Positions 1 to 14,000 of a DNA stretch of 64,000 bases are shown in pieces. A model generated the notes under the pieces. That model saw only the letters and a list, made by a program, of their open reading frames with translations. It searched no databases and was not told the origin of the DNA. The stretch spans positions 19,778,001 to 19,842,000 of the forward strand of contig NC_135260.1 in the NCBI RefSeq assembly GCF_964204865.1, given 5' to 3'. The stretch comes from Styela clava (taxonomy: Eukaryota). How positions within the stretch are numbered: position 1 is the first letter of the stretch; every line of letters begins with the position of its first letter. Position numbers and translations under genes: made by a program.

Positions 1-1499
1 AACGTTTTAAACTGGTTTGCGGGTTCAAAACTATCATTTTTATTGAAATAATCAACCACGTATCGCTTTCAGGCTAATTTTGACCTGATCTATCGCAGAT
101 TTTTCGGGACTACCATTTGATTATCGCAACTAAATTAAAGCTCTTTAGAGGACATATTGACAGTTAGATTATCTGTTTTACTACTTTTAGAAACACGACT
201 GAAAAATGACAAATAACACGCAAAAACACAACAAAAAGCTGGTGTTTACAACCATGCTTGCATATCATCTGTCTGAGCGAAATAAGTGTATGAACGACAG
301 CATGACTTGCCATTGTTATGTCCCCGTTGACTTTTTTCTCATTGTTACGGAAATCCTCAAGGTGTCGGTCCCGCAAATATTTACCTCAAAACCCCAAGAC
401 ATAATAACCATGATACTTCGTGACCATAAGCAGAAAGCACCTAAGAGCGCTATAATAGAAAAGTACACCCAGGCGTACAACATCTGTATTAATTTAAATG
501 TTCGATGAATTGTATTGGTATTCAAGATGTAACAGTCATATAGCCTACAGGTTCACTTACTTCTGCGTGGACCTATACACAGTATTATGAGTTGTTTATT
601 AAACTTGTAAGTTTGTATATCTGCGATGAACTATAGGTATTTTTGCATAATTAGTAGACTGGGTAATGGGAAGGTTTTATGATATGCAACTTCTTCAGAG
701 CTCCTTTTTCGAACCCCTGGAACAGCTCCATCGGACCCAGGATGGGTACCACTGTATTGTAGTTTGTAGGGACCGATTCCTTCCGGTTTGGTCATCGAAA
801 CTAAGCATCATTCTCTTCACAATGCAAGTAGTAAAATACAATAGATGTTATTGAGCTATAACGAGAATATCCGTATAATTTTCTTAACATTAAATCCATA
901 TTTTGTCGCTGGAATTTTTGTTCCATGGAGAAAAATTCAGACATACATAGGCGATGGAAATATCGATATATATTAAAAAAAACGTCACTTGGTATCAATG
1001 AATTGACGACACGGATGCGTCATATGTCAGACCTTTATTGTAACTCGCTCCCTTAATTGCGGCGGTAGACGTAGAAAAGACTCATCAAGAATGAGCAATA
1101 ATATTTACCAAAGGTAAACACATCTTCAGACAGAAAAGGACAGTTAGTTCTTTTAATAGTTAACCCAGTTGGAAGCAATTTTATTGAACATAGGCAGTTT
1201 TCAGATGTCGGGAACATATTCACCATTCATATCGAGTTTTGCTTATGTAACTAAAAATTACAGTTTATTCTGAGTATTGTTATTGATATATACAAAACCC
1301 ACTTGCTGACGTTTTACGGGATAGCCTATTTCGTTACGTCGATTCCGTGTTTACTCGATTTGATGACGGGTCGAGTTAAACATTACCCTGATGCTTTCCC
1401 CAGTAATCGATTTTATGAGTCTACATCGTCGAACATGGTGGTAGCGACTGAGTAAAACGAGTCGAACCTAAGTTGGTACAAAAGCTGTTACTATGAGAA

Positions 1500-1721
1500 A
1501 TGGTATCTATAAGATATTGTAGACTTATGCTGAAAATTGTAATACTTCTTACACATTGGAGTATCATTGAAGCAAACGTCTTCACGAACTACAAAAGTTC
1601 GAAGAATTACACACTTCCAACTCAAGTTGGCGAAGCTGGAAAAACTATCTCTCTCACCTGCCAAGATGACTTTTACGTGAGCATTCCACAAAACAATATC
1701 GTTGTTGCTTGGAAGAAAAAG
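1500..1721 (+). CDS. Receptor exon 1: signal peptide and first half of Ig domain
   Basis: MLKIVILLTHWSIIEA...GEAGKTISLTC...VVAWKKK, then AAG|gtaac donor (phase 0). Confidence 0.8.
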
Positions 1722-4700
1722 GTAACATGCATTTGCAGAATAATAAGGCAAAACTTGAATAATAGGAGGATTATTGATAAGAAAACATAAATTATATTTT
1801 TTGGAACAAGTATCAGTCGAAACTTATGTATATATTAGGTTTTCAATTAAAATGTATGCGTGCTATTAAACACCGTGCAGTGGTATGATTAGTGTATAGA
1901 CCTATATATATAATTATCCTTATTATCCACTCTATGACCTATGACTGACTGGCCATATCTCAATTTCGTAAGAACCGCATGAAAATTACCATTTATTGGT
2001 ACTTATAACGCACTATATGGCCATCGACATGCTCAAAAATTGTTCCGGAATGCTGGAAAGAGCAAAGTTCATTGCTACAAAAGAGAATATCTGAGCATAG
2101 GTTAACACATTATTGTTTGCACAATGGAAATATTGCGTGATGGAGTCGCGTGATTCCAATCACAGTTGACGTCTAACGAAGTGTATCTCATTATTTTAGT
2201 CTCAAGGCGTTGTTCATTTCTTACTTTTTGCCCACTAAAACCGTAGCAAATAGAAGCACACAAGTACGAATTGAAGTATATATATATTGCTTTTGTACTG
2301 ACTGTGAAGCGTTTTGCAAAAGCAAATAGAGATATTATTGAGTGATAACAAGAATATCCGTGATGGCTTAAGAACACACACACATATAAGCTTGGTGTTT
2401 CCTTAGTGTGGGGGGGATTTCGGCCCCTTTGATATAGGTCGGCGAATCAAATGTGAAATGTTTTTTACATCCAAGTCTGACGCTCATAAAAAGTAATCCA
2501 ACTTGAGGTTGTGGAGCCTTGCTCTGTATTTGCTGTTATTCGCTGGTATTGAAATCGTAGCAGGTGTCGTTTCATCAAATATATATTATATATATATATA
2601 TATATCTAATACGGTAGTTAAGTAGACATACCGCGCTAAAAAAGCGACAGTTATGTAGACGGAAAAATTGGGTAGACATTTTCCTGTCCGCTTAATTATT
2701 CCACGTTCCGTAATTAAAACGTTTTGCGATATTTTGCTGAAATCTCTTTTTCTCTCATAAAACAGTATTAAAAATAATATGTTCCTTTAATATTTTTCAA
2801 ATATCTGCACATTTTCGCCAACTTTAAGGGGACAATGGTTCTGCTGGTTTATAATCAACGGGTTTAATTTTCGTACATTAAGTGGACATTTTGTTTATGC
2901 AAAAATCTTTTAATTTTTCGGTATATGTTTTTACGATTTTTGGAGAATAGGTTTGATAATTTTGATACAATAACCAGGCAGAACATGAAGATCGTCCGTT
3001 CTGTTTTTTGCAATATAATCTCAATAAACTGAAAAGGACCTCAATTCACAACTCCGTACTAAAGAGGCTTTGTGACGCAAATGTAAAACTGTCGGGTTCG
3101 CCGAGAACTTTACCACGTTTGCCGTTTTGTTCGCATGTAATCTGGACGCCGTGAGGGGATTGGGATCTTCATGAGTGCGTGATTGCAGAAATTTAGATAA
3201 AATAGAACAGTTGTGTTTGGAGAAGAGATCCAAGTCTTTTGTGTCAGGTGTTATTAGTTACCCAGTGAGTTGGAGTCGAGTCATAATAACTTGAAACAAG
3301 GTTTTCATGGTCACGAGGAATGCTGCTGGAAATCATCACTCATCGGATAAGGTGATTAGTCATAACGATTTTTAATATTAGGGTTACTATATTTTTGGTG
3401 TTGAGATTTTTCACGTAATCCAGATTATCAAAATATAGACTACTGATACTGTTATGCTTTTACTGGTCGTAGTCCTGATCTGACCATCAAAATAATGCCA
3501 CGACTGGGTTTGCGTTTGTAAGAGTGTGTAATTCAGAAGGATTTCTAAATCCAGATGAAAATACAAACGAAGATTGTGAAAATTCAATGAATTCAATTTT
3601 TTCTCGAAACAGAAGGATATACGAGAAGCGAGTGGTTGACGCCACTCAGTATATGTTTGTATAGTTTGGTGTAAATAAAAATATCTAATACACCGCTTCA
3701 TATTAGATTAGAATATTTTATCTTCGGAAAACAGTTTTGAAGAATTGCATTGCTAGCAATTTTATTTGGGATTTGGCACATATCCCTGTGTTATTTTACC
3801 ATCTTCATCTAGTTATTTACTGGGCTGTATTTTTTGTTCACATGTTGGTGACTCTCCAACGGGATGGCCCACGTTTCAGAACTTGGCAGACGGAAATGCG
3901 GGTAGTGATTCAGAGAAAGCTGTGCCAGGAGGTGACTAAATGAGTTTGCTATGCTTGTTTTTTATTAAATACGGTATCTTAAATTGATACCAATGAATGG
4001 TAATAAATCAAATCATAATATCACTTGTAGCCCATCACAAATAGCGCAGCTATCTACGAATAATTGTAGTGCACCGTTTAGAAACTCTGGTTTATTTGAG
4101 TAATAATGCAATTCCCAGTTTCAAACATTTCGTTTGTTCGATCAATCAAGAGTAGCGTAATTATGAATTGGACTAAAACACTGTGATGATGTTTTGTGAC
4201 TTATGCATGTATTTTTGACCAAAGTTTCAGATAAGTCAACAGACTATACCGCACCATCTTCAGAATCACTTTCAATAAGCAATGTAAGTGATTTCAAAGA
4301 AAACCATATATATGGAAAAGAAAAAGGCTGTAAATCAATTCAAAAAAAAAGCTTCTAAACAAACGCGAACCAGAAAAGAAACGACGAAAAGAAAAATAAT
4401 TGCACGGCTTTGTATATCTTGCGAGAAGTTTATTGTAAAGCTTTAAGACATCTCTGTATAATTCATAAAGATGAACCGGCAGTGAGCATAATTATGTCTC
4501 TACTCAACAACTTAATCCAGTGGGCATATCCACATTCGTATACATACTTAGCATACATTTTTACTATTTAATTATAAATTCAAAATAACAATCTTGTTTT
4601 TGTATTCCGAGTTGGTGCAAAAATTTTAAATAAATTGTGCAAAGATTCTAAATTGATATAGAGGTTCAATAATTTCATTTTGATCGCTTGTATAGTTGAC

Positions 4701-7700
4701 TGTATAATCACTGCTATACTTAGGCGTCCTGATAAGTAGACATTTGAGTTATAATTGGTGTAATGTTTCTCATTTTAGTTGACATGGCAAAATTTCGTTT
4801 TGCATTATATATATAGGCCCCACTGAAAACGTCACTTTATTGAACATTTGAGATATGTTGTGTGTAATGTTTCTCGATATTTTTTTCAGAATTTCGTGTT
4901 TTAATTACATACCTTCTGAAATGGTCGGATGGTTGAAATTTTTTTTGAATGCTTCTCAATATTATTGCCATTCCAAAATATCATTTTGCATTTACATGAC
5001 ACACTTACGTAGCTGAGTAGATGACGATTCGCGATTTATTTTCTGTTTTGTTTTTCAATATGGTTTCAAAATTTTGTTTTATAATATTTGTCACTCTCAA
5101 GTTATCGGATAGGTGAACATTAGAGATAAATTTTAGCAATTTTCCACAACATTAAAATATGATTAGTATTCGAAATTCCGTATTTCAGTTAAATTTCACA
5201 CACTTAATAAGTGTGTGAGATATATTTTGTGTAAGATTTCTCAATACGATTCCAGAATTTTGTTTCAATAGTTGTATGCCACACTTAGGTGGTCGGATAT
5301 GCGGACATTTGAGATATATATTTTGTATTATTTCAGAATTTTCATTTCAATTTTTGTATGCCCCACTTAGGTGGTCGGATAGGTGGACATTTGAGATAAA
5401 CTTTGTGTAATATTTCTCAATATAATTTCAGAATTTTCATTTCAAATCTTGTATGCCACACTTAGATGGTCGGATAGGTGGACATTTGAGATAAACTTTG
5501 TGTATTATTTCTCAATATAATTTCAGAATTTTCATTTCAAATCTTATATGCCACACTTAGATGGTCGGATAGGTGGACATTTGAGATATACTTTGTGTAA
5601 TGTTTCTCAATATGATTTCAGAGCTTTCATTGTAATTGTTTTATGCCACACTTAGGTAGTCGGATAGGTGGACATTTGAGATATACTTTGTGTAATATTT
5701 CTCAATATAATTTCAGAATTTTCATTTCAAATCTTGTATGCCAGCCACACTTAGATGGTCAAATAGGTGGACATTTGAGATATACTTTGTGTAATGTTTC
5801 TCAATATGATTCCAGAATTTTCATTTTAATTCTTGTATGCCACACTTAGGTGGCCGGATAGGTGGACATTTGAGATATACTTTGTGTAATTTCAGAATTT
5901 TCATTTTAATTCTTGTATGCCACACTTAGGTGGCCGGATAGTTGGACATTTGAGATATACTTTGTGTAATATTTCTCAATATGATTTCAGAATTTTCATT
6001 TCAATTCTTGTATGCCACACTTAGGTGGCCGGATAGGTGGACATTTGAGATATACTTTGTGTAATATTTCTCAATATAATTTCAGAATTTTCATTTCAAA
6101 TCTTGTATGCCACACTTAGGTGGCCGGATAGGTGGACATTTGAGATAAACTTTGTGTAATATTTCTCAATATAATTTCAGAATTTTCATTTCAAATCTTG
6201 TATGCCACACTTAGGTGGCCGGATAGGTGGACATTTGAGATATATTTCTTGTAATGTTTCTCAATATGATTTCAGAATTTTCATCTCAATTCTTGTATGC
6301 CACACTTAGGTGGCCGGATAGGTGGACATTTGAGATATACTTCGTGTAATGTTTCTCAATGTGATTTCAGAATTTTCATTTTAATGTTTAATGCCACACT
6401 TAGGTGGCCGGATAGGTGGACGTTTGAGATATACTTTGTGTATTGTATCTCGATATGATTTCAGAGTTTTTATTTTAGTTGTTGTATGCCACACTTAAAT
6501 GTCCGAATAGGTGGACATTTGAGATATATTTTGTGTGATGTTTCTCAATATGATTTCAGAATTTTTATCTCAATTCCTGTATGCCACACTTAGGTGGCCG
6601 GTTAGGTGGACATTTGAGATATACTTCGTGTAATGTTTCTCAATATGATTTCAGAATTTTCATTTTAATGTTCAATACCACACTTAGGTGGACGTTTGAG
6701 ATATACTTTGTGTAATGTATCTCGATATGATTTCAGAGTTTTTATTTTAATTGTTGTATGCCACACTTAAATGGCCGAATAGGTGGACATTTGAGATATA
6801 TTTTGTGTGATGTTTCTCAATATGATTTAAGACTTTTTTTTCAATTGTTCTATGCCACCCTTAGGTGGTCGGATAAGTTGACATTTGAGATATATTTTGT
6901 GTAATGTTTCTCAATAGGGCTGGTGTCCATTTTTCAATTACGTGCCACATTTGAGTGACCGGATAGATGAACATTTGAAATCCAATTTGTGTGATGTTTG
7001 TCTTCATTAATGACATACCAGAATTTCCATTTACAATTATTTGTATAACTTAAAAGGCCGGATGGGGGGACATTTGAGATAAAGTTTGTGTGATATTTTT
7101 TCAATATTATTGGCATTTCCGAATTTCATTCTGCGATTACCTTCTGCGTATATATAATTTTCTTTTATTGTTTCTCAAAATAATTAGCACTTTCATATTT
7201 TATTTTACTATTATATACCACACTTCCTTTTTAAAATAATATTTCACACTTTAGCAATCAGATTGGTGATACGTTTGAAAAATATTTTGTGTATTGTTTC
7301 TCCCTATGTATGGCATTTCAAAATTTTGTTTTTCAAATATATGTCACGCTTATAGCCATATAGATATGCGGGTTTTTGAGGTATATTTTTCGCAATGTTT
7401 ATCAATATTATTGGAATGCCATAATTTTGACTTGGTATTGATATCTTGACACTTACAACATAGCATCTGTTTAATCTATATGTTGCACCATAGGGTTGGA
7501 ATAGGCGAACATTTGTGATATGCTCTGTGTATTTCTCAGTTTCAAATATATAACACGTTTGGATCAATTTGTTTCGATTTGTCTACCATCACGTTGCATT
7601 CCGAGTATTTTTTGATATGGAAGATTATTTCCAACACCAAACACAGTGCATCTCCCTTGCACGAAAGACTGGACATTGAAAAAAGAAATGCTATTTTTTG

Positions 7701-8062
7701 TGATAAGTATTGCTAGATGGTTCGAATCCATCGGAAATTAAAGCGAGGTCATACGCTTTAAAATGCGTATTAAAATAAAAGCAACATCATTTATGTAGAC
7801 ATCCAGGGCGACATATAAGAGGGGTCCGGCTTAGTGCCGAAATAGGCTAAAACATTTGGTGGTCTGAATTAAGTGGACAAATTAAGCGGACAAAAATTTT
7901 ATATCTGTTATCGAGAGGATTGTGTTGACTCTTTTTCTGCGTAGTTGTCAACGGCTCTCGCGCTCTCCAAGCACGTATTTAAAAACAATGATACGGGCAC
8001 AGGAACGACGTCCGCTTAAGTACTGCAATTATGGCAGGTCCGTTTAACTACCGTAATAGAGT

Positions 8063-8094
<32 letters not shown>

Positions 8095-11000
8095 AGAACC
8101 AGAGCCGAAAGTTCCAAATTCCATGAGTCTGGAGTGGGACAAATCCTTCTCTGACTGCACAGCCCGAAATTATGCGCAATTTTATGACAAAATGATAACA
8201 TAATCGTCACGCTAATAACCGAATTGCGTAAGTCATTTGGGCGATTTTGAGTTTTTTATAAATTAGGTATTTATGTAATGCTGCGCACCTGACTGTTAAC
8301 TGACTGTTGTTTTATTTTAAGAATTCCGAAACCCATAAAAATTGAGATTTAGTATGACGTGCACATTTGTCCAATTGTTTCGTCATAATGAATTATCATT
8401 TTACCGCAGGACTATTGTGACGTCACAAAGGCAAAATAACCTCAGCGAGGTATTTTCGAGTTTTTGAATCTCGGATTCTAGCTTAGCGCGTATTAGTTTG
8501 AATTTATACTACAGTATAGAAAAGCATGTACTTGTGATATTCACTGTCCGAGTCCAATTCACCTTGGTTGGCTTTTATATTGGGTGCATTGCTGTTTTAT
8601 TCTTTATATTTAATCTTAGTCTTATTTCGGTGGGTGTGCAGAACGTGTTATATTATTGAAATATATATTTTTGAACGTAAAAAATAATGTAATTGAAACT
8701 GATTAGCTATTTTGGGGATTCGACATTGTAGATACTGAAAATTACATTCGTTTTTGAAAAGGTGAAGTTTTCAGGACTGGTGCATATAATAAAGTTTCAA
8801 AATTGCGTATGTCCCCAAGTCATAGACACATATCTGCCTAAGTCACAGTGCGCCATTATGACGTGACTTAACTGCGTCATACAAATTATCTTAAATCCGG
8901 CTATGATCCAAAAATTGAACCATGGAAAATTATTGACTCTCAATGGCATAACAATATCATTAGGAAGTTTTTTACGTTTTTCTCAAAACTGCTAAAAATG
9001 ACTTACGCAATTCGGTTATTAGCGTGACGATATATATATATATAAATGAAATAATCAATTTGATATTCATATTGCAGCCAAAGTCGGAAAAATCATGGAT
9101 TCCTTTGCATCAGAATGCTCATATTTTAATCACAAACTGCTCTGAATCACAAAAAAGGCCAAAGGAATGCTTGGGCAAAAATGTTTTTTCTGCACTTACA
9201 ATTGAAAAGCTATCTTCAACTGATGCAGGAATATATGCGTGTTATGTGAAGACAAAATGGAAAGAAACTGTTATTGGAAAAACAAGATTGATAGTTGGAT
9301 GTGAGTCCTGCAAAATTCAATTTTTATTTATAGATATATTTCAATAAAAAGACAAGAGGAAATATTTTAGAAATCAAATTTGTTTTTCCATTTATACTAT
9401 ACAGTAGAGTTTGTAACACAATCATCTAAAAATTATTGCTGGTATTCAATGTGCCTGGTTTTTGAAGCTTTTGGTTTTGAGCTACTCAAAAATGACGAAT
9501 TCGAATCAAGGTTGATTTTTGGGTTGACAGTAGGTTGCAAAATATGATGGTACTGTGTTACTACCTCCTTATCGTCCGATACTTTCTAGGCACAAGGTGG
9601 ACTTACTTATATATTTTCAAGTATCTTTTTTTTTAATTCCATTTGATTCCTGCGCCCATTGTTCACATTCACCACTTCGATTTTCCGACAACGGATTCAA
9701 GCAAGCACTCGCTTCACATCGATTTGCTGGTACTGTACCTGCCTGTCCATATACTTGTACGTTACTCTCATTTTTAAACCATTCAACTTAGTCCCATAAT
9801 AACGTAAAATACAAAAAGAGCGAAGCAAGTGTATGATTCATATGGAAGATATTTGTTCGAATTTGACGTTTGAATAAGATATATATAAAATCATTTAGAT
9901 CCTCCTGAAGAACCACAATTGGCAGAAAACCATTGCATTTTCAAATGGGATGATGATTTGATGACGTGTTGTTGGAATCCAGGAAAGCAAACATTTATTG
10001 AAACTAACTTTCAAATGAAATATCAGATGTAAGATCGAAAGTTTCATTACATATACAGATCCGTACTTCATGAGCAAGCGGTTTACACTGCTTTTATTGT
10101 TGTTATTTGTATTACCCAACGATTAGTTTCAGGTTTTCTTTATTCATATTTTTACATCCATACGCACAAGATTAGATATGTATATATAAGTACAAAAATT
10201 TAAAATGTCGTTTTCTTTTTTTTACTGCGCTATTTGAAAAAAACTGACTAGAAATCATATAACTATCAGTAGAGGTTACTCCCAATCCTTCCTCAATGCC
10301 TTTGCGCTAGTGGATCCGTATGCGTATATTGCAAGGATGCTGTGCAGGAATAAAAATACCATAATATGCAATTCATGAGTCCTGCTGCACACTAACACTA
10401 ATGTTTTTCTTTAACGTTTCGTCTGACCAAGGTCAGACTTCCTCAGACAATATAGAAATCATAGATTGAAAAGTTTACAATAATCTCAGAAATGCATCAT
10501 TTTATCATTATTTTATCTCTTTGTGGGGTTGTTTGGTTATCATTTCTTAAAATGTTATTGGTCATGATGTGAAACTTTGGTAAATACAAATTTTTCAGGC
10601 ATGGAGACTTATTGAAAGTCGTAAATTGCTTGAAAACTGACAATTCTGATGTATGTTGCAAAGTCGATGTTGAAAATCGGTTTGAAAAACACAATATTTC
10701 ATTAGAAGCTTCAAACAACTTTGGAAAATCAGCGTCATTGAGCCATTCTGTCATTCCATCGCTACATGGTAATATATATATATTTTAAAGTTACTGATCA
10801 TACAATAATACATATTGCGTTTAATGTAAAAAACTGTGAGAGTAAAATTTAAAGTACTGTTCAAGCTCCTTCTGGAATTAGACAAGCTATTTTCAACACC
10901 ATTTTTATGAGTAAATACCAAAAATAAATAAAATGTGCAGTAAGTAGCGGTGAATAAATAAATTTTATCTTTGTGTCTATTGAAAAAATCTATTTTTAGA

Positions 11001-14000
11001 CCGAAAAGTTAAAATACAACCATCATTAAATATTTGTACACTCTGTGTATTTATTTTGTCCGTGACACAACGAAGAGAAGAATATTTTTTTAAATTTATT
11101 TTATCTCGTAGATATTCGATTATTTTGAAACGAGCAAAACAGAAACGATAAAATATTAGTTTGATTTTCCATATAAATTGACTTAAATGTTTGAATAGAT
11201 ATTTAACAAGAATAAAACAAGGAAAAATTTGAGTATTTTTCTGATAATATGTTATTTTTATATTGCAGTAATTCACAGTAAATAAACTATTACAACAATA
11301 AGCTAACAATACGAAGAACTGTGATAATTCTATTCTAAGCGGAATGCTTTTCGAGTGTTTCAAATTCGTTATTTCGATTAGAGTTAAATTTAGTTCAATT
11401 CAAGAATTGAATTATATATAACAGTGGTTCTCAAACGATGTGGCGCGTCCCGCAAGGGTGACATAGAAATTTTTTTGAGGGGGCGTGAAGCTAATTTAAA
11501 ATAAAAATATTTCATAGATTTGTCTTGCCCGCCTTATTTTGGATATTTATGTTCTATCCACGTATTTTCAACGTGTTTTTCAAATGAAACATTTTTTTGC
11601 CCTATTATCTGTTATTTGTAGCCTATTTTCAGCTAGTTATTTTTGAGGTGGGGCGCGAGACTTGACAAATTCTAAAAAAGGGGATTGAAAAGTGTGAGAA
11701 CCAGTTATATATAATGTATACTGAACACTTTTCTAAGTTTTTGAATGATCACTTTTGTAAAAACAAGTGTAACAAATGATATATATACAAATTTGGAAAC
11801 GGCACTTAATATCAATTCTATTTTCCTATATCAGTAAAACCAAAAGTTCCGACAAACCTGTCACTGAAATCAAAAATTGTCAACAATCAGATGAATGATA
11901 TTATAGTGAAGTGGAAGGAACCGAATAATGGATATATCAGTGCCTACGTTTACAGAGTTCGGTATTCTTTATCGCAACCAAGTCCTAATTGGAAGGCAAG
12001 TTATATTAATATTGTAATTAACTTTACAATCAACAACGTAGAGCGTCAAGAGGTTTCATCAACCACGACTCAATTTTGGTTCAATAAAAATCTATTACCG
12101 ACTCCGAGACAATAAAATTTCGACTTCCAAAGCTCTAGCATTGTAGTTGTTCAGGTTGAAAGTACGACTCAAACCACATTACCAACGAGAACGCAAATCG
12201 TACAAGTAGCCGCACTCCGACAATCAATATTATTCGATCTCATATGTTTAAATAGCTGTTTGAACCTTGGGCGTCGCTGCTTTGGTTCCCCACGGTTTCC
12301 CTTCTCTAGTGAAATGTGTATTGAATTTTATTCTTTATCCATTATTTCGCATTTGCTGGATATTGCATGATCTTATTGTTGAAACAAAACTTAGCTATTA
12401 TCCGTTCGAAACTACCATAGATATTTTTATATTATTATGTTTATTACCACTGTGTATTTATGCGTCACCAAAACGCCATTTAGTGCGTATAGAATGAGCA
12501 GAATTCGTGACATACTTGTCTGTACCTGATTGAACGTGAGGTTCAGTTCAACTAAGTGAAGAATAACATGCCTTATGTAGGGGTCAATGACATTGGCAAT
12601 GAATGAAAGGTGCCGTACCTTTACTTTATTACATGATTTCGCAATAAAATGTGGCAAGTTTGTGTTGACTGAAATGAAAGTTAAATATCTCGTTTGTCAT
12701 ATCATAACGATCAACCAAATTTATTTCTGCCCATATTCGATAGATTATCAAACCTATTTACACACTGTTGAAATTTTTGTTTTTACATGAATGTCGAAAT
12801 ACATTTCAATTAGGATTTCGATAGTGTATCGCATAAAATGGTGGTGCAGTATAAATCAAATAAACCGATACAAATAAATAGAATCTTTTGCTTTAACTCA
12901 CAGAAAACTATTGCGTTATTTGTTATGTTTTTGCACCGTTTTGCGTAGCTTGTGTGCGAAATATAAATGATATTTAAATTTTTTTGACACGCAGATCGAA
13001 TATGGAAATTCTGAGACAATATATGTTTTGGAAAATTTAAAGTCGTCGACTGAGTATGTGATTCAAGTATCAGCCAAACCTGACAATATTCATTCTATTA
13101 TTGATGGAGTTTGGAGTAGCTGGAGTAAAAGTGCTTCCATAAAGACGGATCTTACAGGTAGTTTTAACAAGGAAGTCCGGAACTAATGTTTTTTTTTAAC
13201 ATTTTTAAAACGTCTGCACAGACACTACAATAAATTAAATTTTATACAGTATCATACGAGCATCGTTCTGTACTTTAAAATAATTATTAAAAACTCTGCA
13301 TTGTAGTACTTTACAGACACTAAAAGCAAAATTCGCAATGTAATTTTATTTTGGTCCGAATTTGATATATTTTTAATTTTTCTTTTTTTCTAAAAAAACT
13401 CTAATTTTACCGTTATCGCAGCTTAGAATTGTTACCGCTCTACATTGGTAGTCTCACATATTTTAATTTTTGGTAATCCTAAATTTGTCTCAATTTACCT
13501 CCTAAAAAGTTTAGCGTTCGATGTATGCATTTTGATGTTGTAAAAGTAATCCCGTAGTATATGTACCAGGTTAGGGTTATTTAGTTCTATTACGAGTTCG
13601 TGGACTGTCTGTGTTCGCCAAGTGAATATAGGCCTATAGGTTCCAGTCACTTTATACAACTTGATGTAAAGTAGGCAAACAAAATTAGTTACCTCCATAT
13701 TGGTACATACACTCCTGGAGCGCCGTTGTAAATACAGGTTGAATGTTACATTATCGGGCTCATTCGCGCGGTCTAAAACACTTATTAGTTAGGCAAACGA
13801 ACCACGCCCCTTCAGTACGAGACCAATCGTTGATTGTGTTCCATTTTTTTAAAACCTGTTCATATATTTATAGTTCCTTCTAAGAAATTCACGTTCAAAC
13901 GACCGAAAACAACAATTTCATTTACCGGGAAAAATTATTCAACGGAAATAACTTGGCTTCCCTACGACAATCAACATGAAAGTGGATTCGTTGATAAAAT

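Noticed and set aside
5270-6920. CRISPR-like appearance of the repeated gccacacttaggtgg motif
   Set aside because: The whole 95-bp unit repeats with no unique spacers, there are no cas genes, and the context is a eukaryotic intron
10977-11363. 128-aa and similar F/I/L/K-rich ORFs (e.g. 23406-23780, 24967-25323)
   Set aside because: Compositional artefacts of AT-rich intron or UTR DNA, with no motifs or splice support
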